This document shows, piece after piece, positions 34,601 to 47,069 of a DNA stretch of 64,000 nucleotides; the stretch's first letter is position 1; each line of letters begins with the position of its first letter. Origin of the DNA: Eledone cirrhosa (Eukaryota); NCBI GenBank assembly GCA_964016885.1, contig OZ024754.1, positions 15,314,001 to 15,378,000 of the forward strand, in the 5' to 3' direction. The notes below the pieces were generated by a model, which saw nothing but the letters and a program-made list of their open reading frames with translations, had not been told where the DNA came from and did no database searches. A program made the position numbers and the translations under genes.

Positions 34601-36291
34601 TGTTGTGGATCCTGGACTCGGTGATGGCTATTACATCTATACCGTGTGACCTAAGGTCGTTTAAAATTTGGCCCTGTTTCCAGGGCATCCCTAGGCATTT
34701 CACGCTTCCAACTCGTAAGTCAGCCATGTTGGTGGAGAAGAGAAAAGGACGAAAAGGTGCACTTATCGTTTCCTGGAGACCGGGTTGTTCAATCTCCATT
34801 TCAGTTCTGGTGGAGGTATTGAGTGGGGTGGGGAAACATTTCAACAGGACACAGTTTATTGGTTTTTGGCAGCGGTTGCCAACGTCCTGTGAAAACTGTT
34901 CTTTCTTTTTTCTGAAAGGTTTCTATCGAAACCCTTATTAGTTTTAGGTGTGGTTGAGAGTCTGCTTTGACAAAAGTTTTCCCTTCAGTTTCCAGTTTGG
35001 GGTCCGGTGAGATGACCTCCATCAAATTGTTGTTGTTGGTGTTGATGTATGTATATTGTTGTTTTTGTTTTGGTTGTGTTGTTTTAGTTTGTTGTTCGTC
35101 TGTGAGTTTTCTTTTTTGTGTTTGGGGTGGTGTTGGTGTTTGTTTTGTTGGTAGGGGGAGGTTTGGTTGTGGTGTTGTTTGTGTTGTTGTTTGTGTCTGT
35201 GGTTGTGTGTTGGTGTTGGTGATTGGAGTTTTGGGGATTTTGTGGTGTCTCTTTTTTTTGTTTTTTGGATTTCCGAGGCTCTTCTTCTCCTTCACTTAAA
35301 GAAGGGGAAGCAGCCTCATCTGTTGATGAATAATCATCATCAGAAGTGTGGGGTAGGGGTATGTTGTGTGGTGATGGTGTTTTGGTGTGTGTGTTTGTGG
35401 TAGTGTTGTATTGAGTGGGATGGGTGGGGCTGTGTTCTTCAGGGATGCTGTCTGTGTTTTTTCTGTTGTTCGTGTTTTTTCTGTTGTTTGTGGTTTCCAA
35501 ATTTGTCCCTGCCCACCTGACCGAAAGAATTGTGTCACTTTCTGGCTCTATGAATCCTTCTAAGATCCACCAAATGTTGATGTTTGGTGGTATGTTATTT
35601 ATTTTAATTTTTTGTGTTCTTTTTCCCATGTAAGTAGGGGGAAAGGTGTGTGTTTTTGTGATGACTGGTGTAACAGAATGCTTTTGTGCGAGGGCCTCGC
35701 TTTTAAAAGGTACCGAAATACTTCCATAAATACTTCCCTCTGCATAAAATCAATGTCTGTCCGGCAGATCATCTTTCAATGTGGTTTCAATTTCCCCTTG
35801 ACTGAGGAATACCGGCTTTTTTATTTGATTTGAGACAGTTCTGAAGGTTACCGTTCTTCGAACTGTTTCTTGTTTAATTTCCAAGGGTGAGTTTATTTGA
35901 AACCCACTTTTTTCTTCAAATGTTATAAATTGTCTCGCATCAGACAACATCTGTTTTGAATTTCTGATGTCCAACTCTTTATATTCCGTTTTTTTTTATT
36001 ACAGTCTGTGCGAATGTTGTTTTTTCAGTTTTGTTGTTGTTGTTGGTTTTTTCGTGTGTAGTTAATTGTTTCAATTTCTGCATTTTCTGTATTTTTTGCT
36101 GTCTTTTGTGGGCTGTTATTTTCATCTTTTGTTGTGTAAATATCGATTTTTTTACGAAACGAAGTTTTGTTGTTGTTTGTCTCCTTAGATACTTTTATGG
36201 AAGTAGAGGGAGATATAACGCTTATATCTGCCTCTTCCTCTCACTTCTCGCTGTCTAGCGCTCTCTGTAAGTCACATATTGTTAAAGTTAG
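31691..36291 (-). mobile_element. degenerate near-full-length Tx1-like LINE (GATA family) with internal deletions
   Basis: Fragmented ORF1 (about 34800-36000) and ORF2 (about 31920-34727) homologous to 36541-42350. (GATA)n on both sides. Confidence 0.88.
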
Positions 36292-36336
36292 GTAGATAGA
36301 TAGATAGATAAATTTCTTTATTTGCCACAAGGGCGC

Positions 36337-36530
36337 AAATAATGTTTCTACTTTTGGCACAAGGCCAGCAATTACCTCAGTGCATTACTGGTACTTTATC
36401 TTATCGACCCCGTAAGGATGAAAGACAAAGTTAACCTCTGAGGATTAGAACTCAGAACATAAAGGGCCATAACTCTATGCTGCAAAGCATGGTGTCTGAC
36501 GCTCTACCGATACTGCCAAACCACTGGCCT
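36337..36530 (-). mobile_element. full-length tRNA-derived SINE fused to a 25-nt Tx1 3' end (36312-36336)
   Basis: Same family as 29248-29437. The fused unit is flanked by GATA repeats. Confidence 0.85.
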
Positions 36531-36775
36531 AGATAGATAGATTTCTTTATTAGCCACAAGGGCGCAACAAGAAAGGGGACAATACAAAGACATGCCGGGG
36601 ATTTTACATACAGTCGTGTAAAAAATATAAAAACAAACAATTTCAACAATCGAAATCCCCAATAGGGGGGAGGCGCCACAAATGGGTTGTTTAATACCCC
36701 GTCGATAGAACAACCCTCAACTCGAGGAGCGTGTTGTGCAAGTGCTCCTTTCTTCCTTTTGCTCTCTTCCTCAAC

Positions 36776-39700
36776 CTACAGGCTTATAAACAGAGAAGGC
36801 CCAATCAATCGGGCCATTTTCGCTTCATTCACCCACCTTTCAGTAAATTTACTGGGGTGCAGTGCCTCTCTCTCCACCCTGATTCTCCTTCTAAAGTGAT
36901 ACTTAAAGAAGGGAATCAATTGTTGTCCGGAGAGAAAGGCATCTGTCCTCAGTCCTCTCAACCTCGTCCACCATATAACTTCTTTCACCATAGCCACCGT
37001 ACAGAGGAAAACCGCCTCTCTTTCGTTTTTGAAAGAGTCTGGCGGTTTGATCCTTACTATGGACTCGGCAGCCAACTGTATTTGTCCCATACGCGACAGC
37101 AGTTGTTCTGCATAGTTCCACAGGTCGCTTACGCCCGGGCAGTGTACAATTGCGTGCAGAACTGTTTCAATGTCCTGCGCACATCTTGGACACGTCCTCT
37201 TGGAAGGATCCCTGCCAGGGCGTCCGTGCCTGTAGATCTTGTCACGAACCGGTAGAGCTCCTCGGTAGCACTGCCAGGCCAGGGACCTCTGGAAGTTGTC
37301 CATAGGTCCCGGGCGGGAAGTCCTACCAAACAGACTGGTGAGCTCATCATCTTCGACGCCCAGAGTCTCTCCGAGCACGTCGTCGCCCTTGTAACGTACA
37401 ATCCCTCCATAGAATGTCGAAGTGGAGTCTCCACTGATTGCTGCGCCCGCTTGCCAGAGGACTGTGAGCGCCTGAGCGCATTCAATGTGCCAGGCGCCCA
37501 TCGTTTTCGGTCTTTTCTTCACCCAGGACTGCAGCTCCGTTAGCGAGACGAGCTGTGGGAAAGCCTGTCTTACAAACGGTGCCCACACCGGTTGGGGGTC
37601 GGTGAGGAATACCTGGAGATGCCGCAGCCTCAGCGCATGTTTGCGCATCATCAGCCATTGCATTCCCAGCCCTCCGTTGGAAGGGTGCTGACAGCAGACG
37701 GATCTCCTCACCAGCGGAGCCTGCTTCTTCCACAGAAACTGGAAGAGCATGCGTTCCATCTTGGCGAGGTGTTCACGGGGACAAGGCACGACAGTCAAGC
37801 GGTAGTAGATGACGGACGCTATGAAAGTGTTCGCCACCTCCGCTCGACCTTTCAAGGACAGTTTGCACTCTGCCCACTTCTGAGTGAGTGCAAACACCTT
37901 GGCCGTGACCTCGTTCCAGTTTTTCTCCACCTGGAGGTCTGGACCGAACCAGACCCCTAGCAATTTCACCGGTCCGTCCGTCCAGCGTCCAACGACGCTG
38001 TCGGATGTCATCGGTTTGCCTCTCCACGTACCGAGTTGCAAACCGACAGACTTGTCTGGGTTTAGTTTTGCTCCCGTCAGCGTTTCGTATTCTTTCAGTA
38101 TGTTGCCGATCACCCCGATTTCCGAGGTGCTCGACACCATTACTGTCACGTCATCGGCATAAGCCGACGCCGCTTTGCGCAGTCCCGGTTCTAGGGGGAT
38201 GCCCTGCAACAGCTCCAACTTCCGCAGTAGTGGCTCTAGAGTCAATACATACAGAATGGAGGAGAGAGGGCATCCCTGTCGAATGGAACGCGTGATTGCG
38301 AACGGCTCCGATAGGTAGCCGTTCACCTTGACCCTCGAGCAGATGCTGGTGTGCATCGCCTCGATCCATCCTCTGAACACGGGACCGAAACCGGCCGCCT
38401 TGAGAACCGCTTCCAAGTATCGATGGTCGACCCTATCGAATGCCTTAGACTGATCCAAGTTGATCAGAGCCCCACCGAAGCCGGGTTTACTACCCACCCT
38501 CTCTATGATGTATCGCATGAGGTGGAGGTTGTCGTGTATGGACCTGGTCGGGATTGCACACGTTTGCGCTTTCCCGACCAGGTTCTCGACGACAAGCGCC
38601 AACCTCGTCGCTAGCACCTTGGCCAAAATCTTTAACTCTGTGTTGAGCAGAGTTATGGGCCTGAAGTTGTTAATTTCGTCCCCCTTGTTCTCGTCTTTCC
38701 TGATCAGCGTTACTACGCCCTTGCCTGCAGAACTGGGAATTCTCCCGTTCTGCTGCCAATTGCAGTAGACGGCTTCGAGGACGCTAGAGAACAAGTCCGG
38801 CATACCTATGTAAAATTCGTAGGGTAGACCATCTAGACCGGGTGACTTGCGTTTCCCGCAGCGACCCACAGCGTCCCGTATCTCAGTGTCCGTGATCGGT
38901 CTTTCGCAGAACTCGGCGTCCGTGTTCGAGAGACGCGGCAGGCCGTCGAGGTATGCACTAAAGTCCATTGCCCCGTTCGGCTCACCGTCGTTCTGCTCAA
39001 ACAGTCGCGCAAAGTGCCGCTGAAAGGCCGCGCACATTTGCTTGGGGTCAAGTAGCACGCGTCCGTTTTGGTCTTTCAAAGACCGAATCGTGGACTTGTT
39101 GCCACTTTTTGCCTCCGCCACTCGGGCCCAGCTGACAGCTTTCGCTCCTTCGTTTCCTAGAGCACGTGTTTTGCTTCTGACCACGCAGCCTTCGTGTTTC
39201 GCATCGAAGAACTGGTCCAGTGCCGTTCTCGACGCTAACACTCTAGCCGCGTTGCCACTTCTAAGTGCCTCCTCTACCTTGGCTACTAGTTCTCTTTCTA
39301 TTCTGTTTTTCTCTAAGGCTAACTCTCTGCTATACCCTATCGATTCTATTCTAATTGCTTTCTTGAGAGAGTACCACCATCTATTGTTGACGATGGTTCC
39401 CGTTAACTGTTGCTTGACTAGTCTACTTATCCGTTCACTGTAAGCTTTACGTGCCGGCAACGACACGTTCAGCTTCCAGTATCCGGGACCCTGTCTATGT
39501 ATTCTATCACGGTTAACTAAGCAGACGACTAACTTGTGATCTGAATAGGCAACCATGTGCATTCGTGGACAGCTTAACATATCCTTGTCCCTTTCTCTAA
39601 TGAAGAACCTATCTAAATACGATCTAGATGTCCCACTGCGGTTTACCCACGTCCACTGTGGTGCAGTCGGGAAATCCAGTCGATACCTATCGGCCAGTTG

Positions 39701-40219
39701 GAATTGGCCGATTAAAGTTTTGAGGCTGTTGCACCCCGCTCTACTGGGACATGCTCCCACATAGTCCCATCGTGCATCTAGGATACCATTCCAGTCCCCC
39801 ACTAAAAGTAAGGAGCGAGATGTTCCCAGAAAAGACTCTAGACGCTTAAAGAAGTCTGGCCGTGATTGCGATTGCCCGGTCGGGGCATAAACGGCCACCA
39901 GTCTGAAGGCTCCACCTCCGATACTGTTCACGTCTAGGACTACCAGTCTACCCTCCGGGTCCAAGTGTACTTGCTGTACTCCGACGTCCAGGTTCTTCCG
40001 AAACATAACAGCCACTCCACCTCCACCTGGCTGACAGAGAGATGCGTAGATCTCAAAGTCGTCGAAGATGGGGGTTAGTTGCTGCCTGTTGTGGATTCTG
40101 GACTCGGTGATGGCTATCACATCCATACTGTGTGACCTAAGGTCGTTTAAAAGTTGGCCCTGTTTCCAGGGCATCCCTAGGCCACGCACATTCACGGTTC
40201 CAACTCGTAAACCAGCCAT
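36776..40219 (-). CDS. LINE ORF2 APE-RT (1147 aa, intact)
   Basis: TVNVRGL, TESR, VYAP, GDWN, LDR, SDH; RPITLLN, KAFDRV, RQGCPLS, YADD; CPRC..ETVLHAIVHC. Confidence 0.95.
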   Translation of the reverse strand: MAGLRVGTVNVRGLGMPWKQGQLLNDLRSHSMDVIAITESRIHNRQQLTPIFDDFEIYASLCQPGGGGVAVMFRKNLDVGVQQVHLDPEGRLVVLDVNSIGGGAFRLVAVYAPTGQSQSRPDFFKRLESFLGTSRSLLLVGDWNGILDARWDYVGACPSRAGCNSLKTLIGQFQLADRYRLDFPTAPQWTWVNRSGTSRSYLDRFFIRERDKDMLSCPRMHMVAYSDHKLVVCLVNRDRIHRQGPGYWKLNVSLPARKAYSERISRLVKQQLTGTIVNNRWWYSLKKAIRIESIGYSRELALEKNRIERELVAKVEEALRSGNAARVLASRTALDQFFDAKHEGCVVRSKTRALGNEGAKAVSWARVAEAKSGNKSTIRSLKDQNGRVLLDPKQMCAAFQRHFARLFEQNDGEPNGAMDFSAYLDGLPRLSNTDAEFCERPITDTEIRDAVGRCGKRKSPGLDGLPYEFYIGMPDLFSSVLEAVYCNWQQNGRIPSSAGKGVVTLIRKDENKGDEINNFRPITLLNTELKILAKVLATRLALVVENLVGKAQTCAIPTRSIHDNLHLMRYIIERVGSKPGFGGALINLDQSKAFDRVDHRYLEAVLKAAGFGPVFRGWIEAMHTSICSRVKVNGYLSEPFAITRSIRQGCPLSSILYVLTLEPLLRKLELLQGIPLEPGLRKAASAYADDVTVMVSSTSEIGVIGNILKEYETLTGAKLNPDKSVGLQLGTWRGKPMTSDSVVGRWTDGPVKLLGVWFGPDLQVEKNWNEVTAKVFALTQKWAECKLSLKGRAEVANTFIASVIYYRLTVVPCPREHLAKMERMLFQFLWKKQAPLVRRSVCCQHPSNGGLGMQWLMMRKHALRLRHLQVFLTDPQPVWAPFVRQAFPQLVSLTELQSWVKKRPKTMGAWHIECAQALTVLWQAGAAISGDSTSTFYGGIVRYKGDDVLGETLGVEDDELTSLFGRTSRPGPMDNFQRSLAWQCYRGALPVRDKIYRHGRPGRDPSKRTCPRCAQDIETVLHAIVHCPGVSDLWNYAEQLLSRMGQIQLAAESIVRIKPPDSFKNEREAVFLCTVAMVKEVIWWTRLRGLRTDAFLSGQQLIPFFKYHFRRRIRVEREALHPSKFTERWVNEAKMARLIGPSLFISL

Positions 40220-40260
40220 GTTGGTGAAGAAAAGTTGGAGAAAAAGGACGAAAGGTGCAC

Positions 40261-42001
40261 TTACCTTTTCGTTTCCTGGAGATCGGGTTGTTCAATCTCC
40301 ATTTGGATGCTGGATGGGGTGTTGGGTGGGGTGGGGAAACCTTTCAACAGGATGCGGTTGATGGGTTTGTGGCAGGGGTTGCCCACGTCCTGTGAAAATT
40401 TAATTTTCAGGTCTTTATAGGTTTCCATAGAAACCCTTATAACTTTAAGGTGTGGAGACGATTTTGCCTTGACGAAAGTTTTGCCCTCCGTCTCCACCTT
40501 GGGGTTTTGGGAGATGACCTCCATCAAACTCTTGTTGTTTGTGTTGATGTATACGTATTGTTGTTTGTGTTTTTGTTGTATTGTTTTAGTTTGTTGTTCA
40601 TCCGGGAGTTTTCTTTTTATGGTGGGTGCTTGTGTTTGGGGTGGTGTTGGTGCTGGTTTTGCTGATAGGGGGATGTTTGACTGTGGTGTTGTTTGTGTTG
40701 TTGTTTGTGTCTGTGGTTGTGTGTTGGTGTTGGTGATTGGAGTTTTGGGGGTTTTGTGGTGTCTCTTTTTTTGTTTTTTGGATTTCCGCGGTTCTCCCTC
40801 TTCTTCACTTAAAGAAGGAGAAGCAGCTTCATCCGTCGATGAATAATCATCGTCAGGTGTGTGGGGTAAGGGTATGTTGTGTGGTGGTGGTGGTGTTTCG
40901 GTATGTGTGTTTGTGGTAGTGTTTGATGGAGTGGGATGGAGTGGGGATGTGTTCTTCAGGGGTGTTGTCTCTGTTTTTTCTGTTGTTGTTGGTTGAGTGT
41001 CTGTTTGTTTTGGTGTGGTTGCTCGTTTCGTCTGTCGTTGTACTTGTGGTAGTGGTGGTGGTTGTTTTGGTTTTGGTGTTGGTAATAGCGTTTTTTTATG
41101 ATGTTGTTGTTGTGTGTTTGTGGACAAGAGGCTTTTAGGTGAGCTGTGCTACCACAGCGAAAGCAGGGAAATTTTCGTCCTTCTACCGAAATGTTTATTT
41201 TGTTGTTATTATCAATAACGACTCTTTCGGGTATTTTGGAGATTCTCTCCGGTTTCATTTGCAACAGAATCTCCAAATCGGTGCCCGCCCACCTTTGTCG
41301 AATGGATTTTCGTATCGAAAGTATTATGTCTGTTTCTGGCTCTACGAAGCCAGCCAAGATCCACCAGATGTTAATGCTTGGAGGTATGTTTTTTATTTTT
41401 ATTTTTTGTGTCCTTTTCCCCATGTATGTAGGGAAAAAGGTGTATGCTTTTGACACTATTGGTGTCACAGAGTTTTTTGGGGCGAGTGCCTCGCTTTTAA
41501 ACAGTACGGAAACACTTCCGTACTGTTTTCCTCGCTGGAGAAAATCGACATTTCCTAGAATCTCCTTGAAAGAATCTTCTATATCTGCTTGATTAACAAA
41601 TGTCGGTTTTCTTGACGAATTTGACACAGTCCTAAAAGTGACTGATCGGCGGTTTGTGTCTTCCTTTATTTCAAGGGGTGAGTTAATTCTAAACCCACCT
41701 CTTTCTTCGAAAGTTACAAATTTTCTCCCTTGCTGGAGCATATCTCTTGCGTTGGAGATATCAAGATTTATAAAATCTTGTTTCTTGTTCACTGTGTCAG
41801 CGAAAGACATTTTCTTTTTTTGTGTGGTGGTGTTGTTGATAATGATGTTATCGTTGTTGGAAATTTTATGTGTAGATGTATCTGTAGAGTTGTTGATGTC
41901 TTTTTCATGTGTATGTATGTCAATGGGTTTTTTGGCTGTGTTTTCCCGTGTGTTATTGTCATTTTTCTCCGCTTCGGCGGTAGAAATTGTAACATTTTCA
42001 A
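40261..42001 (-). pseudogene. LINE ORF1 (frameshifted) with CCHC knuckle
   Basis: Split over ORFs 41789-42001, 40956-41810 and 40261-41127. Contains CFRCGSTAHLKASC. Confidence 0.8.
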
Positions 42002-42347
42002 ATGTTGATATATTTTTTTTCTTTTGTGACAGTATCTATGGCAACGTCCATAGCAGCAGAAGCAGATATAACGTTAATATCTGCCTCTTTCTCTCTCTTT
42101 TCTCTATTAACGTTCTCCAGCGTTCTAGTGTTGCTCAAGTTTTTTACTTTGTAAAATCTGATATTTTAAAACAAATTTTTTAAAATAAAATGTTTGCCCC
42201 TACAGGGGCGAAAAATGGGATTACCACCCAGCTGACAATTCAGCTTGGGGGTTAATCTACAAAGTGTTGTATTTTTTCAAACAATTAGATCGGTTTTTTG
42301 CATAGAAATCAACAAAATACTTACCGGCGATATTCCACACGTCAGAC

Positions 42348-42407
<60 letters not shown>

Positions 42408-42408
<1 letters not shown>

Positions 42409-43132
42409 TGTTTCTTTTATTTGCCACCAGGGCATCAAAAGTGGGACAAGTACAAAGGGGGGAGTTTACACAAAAAGGCGTCCTGAATAAGGAGGAGGCA
42501 ATAACAATGTATAAAAATAAAATAAAATATAACAAAAAATAAAATTTATAACAAAATCCTCAATAGAGAGGAGGCGCCTTGGGGGGGGGGTCGCACACAC
42601 CCCCGAAAAAAAGTGTGCAACCCTTTTCCTCAGGAGCACAGAGAGGGGGTGCTCCCTCGTTCCTTCCTCTTTTCCACCTACAGGCTTATGTAAAGAGAAG
42701 GCCCATTCACACGGGCCATTCTCGCCACTTTCACCCACCTTTCATAAAAACGACTGGGGTGGAGCACCTCTCTCTCCATCCTGATCCTTCTTCCGAAATG
42801 ATATCGGAAGAAACGGACCAGTTGTTGGCCAGAGAGAAAGGTGCCTGACCTCAGTCCTTTCAGACGCGTCCACCATACAACTTCTTTCACCATGGCTATT
42901 ACGCACAGAAACACCGCCTCTCCTTCATCTTTGAGGGGGGGGGGGGGCGGCTTGATCATTACAATAGACTCGGTGGTCAACCGGATCGGTCCCACCCTTG
43001 ACAGCAGTTGTTCGACATAGCCCCACAGATCGGCTACGCCCGAGCAGTGTACCAATGCGTGTGCAACGGTTTCCTCGTCGCACACGCATCTGGGACAGAT
43101 CTTTTTGGCGGGGTCCCTACCCGGGCGCCCGT
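42408..43132 (-). mobile_element. 5'-truncated Tx1-like LINE of another subfamily
   Basis: CPRCVCDEETVAHALVHC...RVNGPSLYISL with a distinct 3' UTR. (GATA)n at both junctions. Confidence 0.87.
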
Positions 43133-43139
43133 GATAGAC

Positions 43140-43208
<69 letters not shown>

Positions 43209-43214
43209 TATAAG

Positions 43215-43480
43215 CATCATCATCATCATTGTCATTGCGACAATAGTCGAACATTTCTGACATAGTCTCTCCACAATACACGATTTTCTATTGCTCCTGG
43301 CAACTAATCCCTTTGTGGATTAGTTGATCGTCTGATCGATGAATGTTCGAACAGGTCTTCCTCCGCTGCGTCTCCCGTGAATTGGTTACCACAATAGTAA
43401 CTTATGTATAACTTCCTACTTACTTCTCCAGCACTGCCCTACAAATGGTAACCGTCTTTGAACATTGTTATCTTGGCAAG
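43215..43480 (-). mobile_element. RTE-like LINE 3' fragment with (TGA)n tail
   Basis: Minus strand ..PIHGRRSGGRPVRTFIDQ. (CAT)n at 43216-43229. Confidence 0.65.
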
Positions 43481-44029
43481 TTTCTGTATAAACTTTAATT
43501 TGAAATACGATTGTCGACACTGAAACTTCGTGTTATGTGACATAAAACCGAGTTGTGATTGTATAAAGCAGGTACTGTATGCGTTATGATGTTGTTGTTA
43601 TTGTCGTTCCTGTTGTTTAGCCCCAGATCGACCTTGATCGAACAAACCCATGATCAAAGGTTCTTCAGTCGTAACATAACAATCTTAACAATTCTATTTC
43701 GGACCGCATTTCTAAAATACTTCAAATATTACCAAGTCATTTGCTTGTAAAAAAAAAACAAAAAACAACAAAGCAATTTTAATTAAGTTTCCCTTTGAGA
43801 TAATATCTTCATGGGATGTGAGTGGCGGCATGTGGAACCTGACTGCTGTTAGGGAACAACATCATGAACAACAACAATTAATAATCTTAATGATGATAAC
43901 GACGATAACAACAACAACAGTACACTTTATTGATACTGGAATATCACTTCTCAAAACCGAGATTCACTGCAAACAGCACATACCCTTTAGAATGATTCCT
44001 GGATTAGGCGAACAATATTGGGGGAAGAA

Positions 44030-44550
44030 CAAATCGACCCCAGTATATTACTGGTCCTTTATTTTATCGACCCCTGAAAAGATAAAGACAAAGCTAACCT
44101 CCACAGAATTTGAACTTAGAATGTAAAGGACCGTAACTTTATACCACAAAGCATGTTGTCCGACGCTCTACCAATATAGCCCACCCATCGCCTTTACATA
44201 TCCCACCGAAAAACAATAAAAAAACAATACAAAACAATAAAACAATGCCTAGACTTACGCAACGACTACCCACACCACTCACAATTATATAACACAACAC
44301 TCATAACACATATTATACATAAATGTTTCTACTTTATTTTATCGACCCCGTTAGGATGAAAGGCAAAGTTAACCTCGGCGGGATTTGAACTCAGAATGGC
44401 AAGGGCCGTAACCATAATTGCTTCTACTTTAGGCACAAGGCCTGCAATTATCCCAGTGCATTACTGGTACTTTATATTATCGACCCCGTAAGGATGAAAG
44501 GCAAAGTCAACCTCGGCGGGATTTGAACTCAGATCGTAAAGGGACGTAAC
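44030..44550 (-). mobile_element. three SINE copies or fragments (about 44030-44190, 44325-44410, 44417-44550)
   Basis: Each contains TTATCGACCCC...GGATGAAAGGCAAAGT...GATTTGAACTCAG or a close variant. Confidence 0.8.
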
Positions 44551-44681
44551 TACATAATGAAAGACACTGAGACTCATAACACCCAATCATAACAGATATA
44601 TTTCTTCAACAAACAAAATAACAAACATTGCACATTCTCTGTGGTGCACTTGGGTGTTAGACCCGCCCCACACAACGGTCA

Positions 44682-44870
44682 GAGTTCCAGTTGTTCGAAC
44701 AACAGAACAGTCTTCTCGTGAAATGAACGTACAAGTAGCTGAACATTTCACAGACACGCACCTTTAATGTAGCTCTCAGGGAGATCCAGAGTGATACAGA
44801 GTGTGATAACACTGACTGACCTTTTCAATTAGAAGCTCAATTCATGTTTTTGCCAGTTGAGTGGAGTGGA
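44682..44870. repeat. dispersed repeat (probably a second SINE family), copy 1
   Basis: Aligns with 47983-48140 (GTTCCAGTTG...GAAAT.AAC...CACAGACACG..CCTTAATGTA). Confidence 0.65.
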
Positions 44871-45232
44871 GCATCTTTCCACTCTCACTTCTGGTTTAAA
44901 GTCTTATATTTAGAATCCACTTTCATTTTCACCTTACTGTAAAGTTCCTAAGGAGTGAGGTGAGAGGACACCCCCCTCTTCTGTTCCAACCCCTAATAAT
45001 GTTCCTACACAAATTGGGATTAAGTTAATATCTGCTTCTATTATTTTGTTATATTTCAACAAAATTTTAAAAAGTTTTATAAGCAAGACAAAATAACGAG
45101 AAAATATTCATGTTTGGGAAAATATCACTCTTTACCTAAACAACAATGTACCATATCATTTGTTGATTTTTCAGCTCAAAATGCCCATACGCACACACGT
45201 ACACACGTACACACGTACACACGTACACACGT

Positions 45233-45317
<85 letters not shown>

Positions 45318-45409
45318 AGCAACGGTAATCATCGCATGATATGCTGATATGATGCCAGCATTTTATTTTTCACATTCACCATGTAAATGTATGCATTTAT
45401 ATGCATACA

Positions 45410-45640
45410 AAACCGAGAGGCAGTACAACGAATGTTTATTAATTTCACGCTCTGGAGAGTGGGGTGGTGGTGGGGAACGACGTTTCGGGCATAAGCCCTT
45501 CCTCAGGTGAATAGTGTGTGGGAAGAGAGTTCAAAGGGTGTGTAGGGGAGTGGTGGAGAGACATATAGCGAAAAGGGGGTGGGAGGAGACGGTGCGAATG
45601 AAATTAAAAATAAAAATAAAAATAAAGCATGATCAAAATA
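45410..45640 (-). mobile_element. Penelope-like pLTR fragment with minimal hammerhead (45477-45508)
   Basis: Minus strand CTGAGGA-AGGGC TTAT GCCC-GAAAC GTC. Same family as 1-205. Confidence 0.7.
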
Positions 45641-45796
45641 AAATGAAATGAAATAAAAATAAACTAATACCTTAACACTTCACACAAAGTAAAACATTTC
45701 GTTTTAATCATTTTCTAACACAGAAAAAAGAGAGAGAGAAACAAAAAAGGAAAAAAATATATTTTTCTTTCTAATAATCGTCTCTTTCTCCCTGTT

Positions 45797-45885
<89 letters not shown>

Positions 45886-45993
45886 ATATATATTTATATA
45901 TTACTATATCTATGTGTGAGTATGTATATATATATATGTATCTATCTATATATATATATGTATATATATACGCCGTATAAATATATATATATT

Positions 45994-46045
<52 letters not shown>

Positions 46046-46056
46046 TATATATATAC

Positions 46057-46127
<71 letters not shown>

Positions 46128-46140
46128 TATATATATATAC

Positions 46141-46219
<79 letters not shown>

Positions 46220-46374
46220 TTATACATACACACATACATAGATACACACACATACATACATTCATTCATACATACATACACACATACATAGACATATACA
46301 TACATAGTGAGAGTGAGATGAAAATACACATATACGTGAGTATGAATAGAATCAATTTCTTCTTAAAGAAAGAG

Positions 46375-46412
<38 letters not shown>

Positions 46413-46624
46413 AATAAGGTGAGACAGGGAGAGAGGGAGGGGGGCTACATATCAATAATAGTCAAAATCAGAGAAAAACGAAGTGGGGGGGGGGGATTAA
46501 ATAAATCTAGAAAACTTGATTGGAATCATGTCCTGTAAATAAAGGACATTGTTTATTACACACAAACTACAGTATAACATACACACATACACATACACAT
46601 ACTGATATACACATACACAATAAT

Positions 46625-46855
46625 GTATGGGTGGGTGGATGGGGTGGGGGTGGGGTGGATGGATGGTTGGGTGGGTGGATGATTGGGTGGGATGGATGGT
46701 TGGTTGGGTAGATGGATGGTTGGGTGGGCGGATGGATGGGAGGGGCGGATGGATGGGGGGCTGGGTGAATGGATGGATGGATGGTTGGGTAGATGGATGG
46801 TTGGGTGGGTGGATGGATGGGGGGGGGGGGTCGGATGGGTGGGTGGATGGGTGGA
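46625..46855. repeat. G-rich (GGAT/GGGT)n compound microsatellite
   Basis: Read directly from the sequence. Confidence 0.9.
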
Positions 46856-47069
46856 AAGAGCATTAACTCCTGATTGAGTTGAAGAGTCACCGTGGGGACA
46901 TACAGCGTGTCTTATGCATTTTAAGCCTGGTGGAGCTGAACCCAACCCAGGTTTACACACAGCCAATTCTCAGAAGAGAAAGGTGGAGAGAGAAAAGGAG
47001 TGACAGAGAGTGAGAATGAGTGACAGAGAGAGAGATAGGGGGCCGGGGGGGGGGGGATATATAGAGGGA

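Larger units (their letters stand above)
36541..42350 (-). mobile_element. full-length Tx1/L1-clade LINE (GATA family)
   Basis: ORF1 + ORF2. 3' end GCGCCCTTGTGGCTAATAAAGAAAT|CTATCTATCT. 5' end abuts (GATA)n at 42352-42408. Confidence 0.92.
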
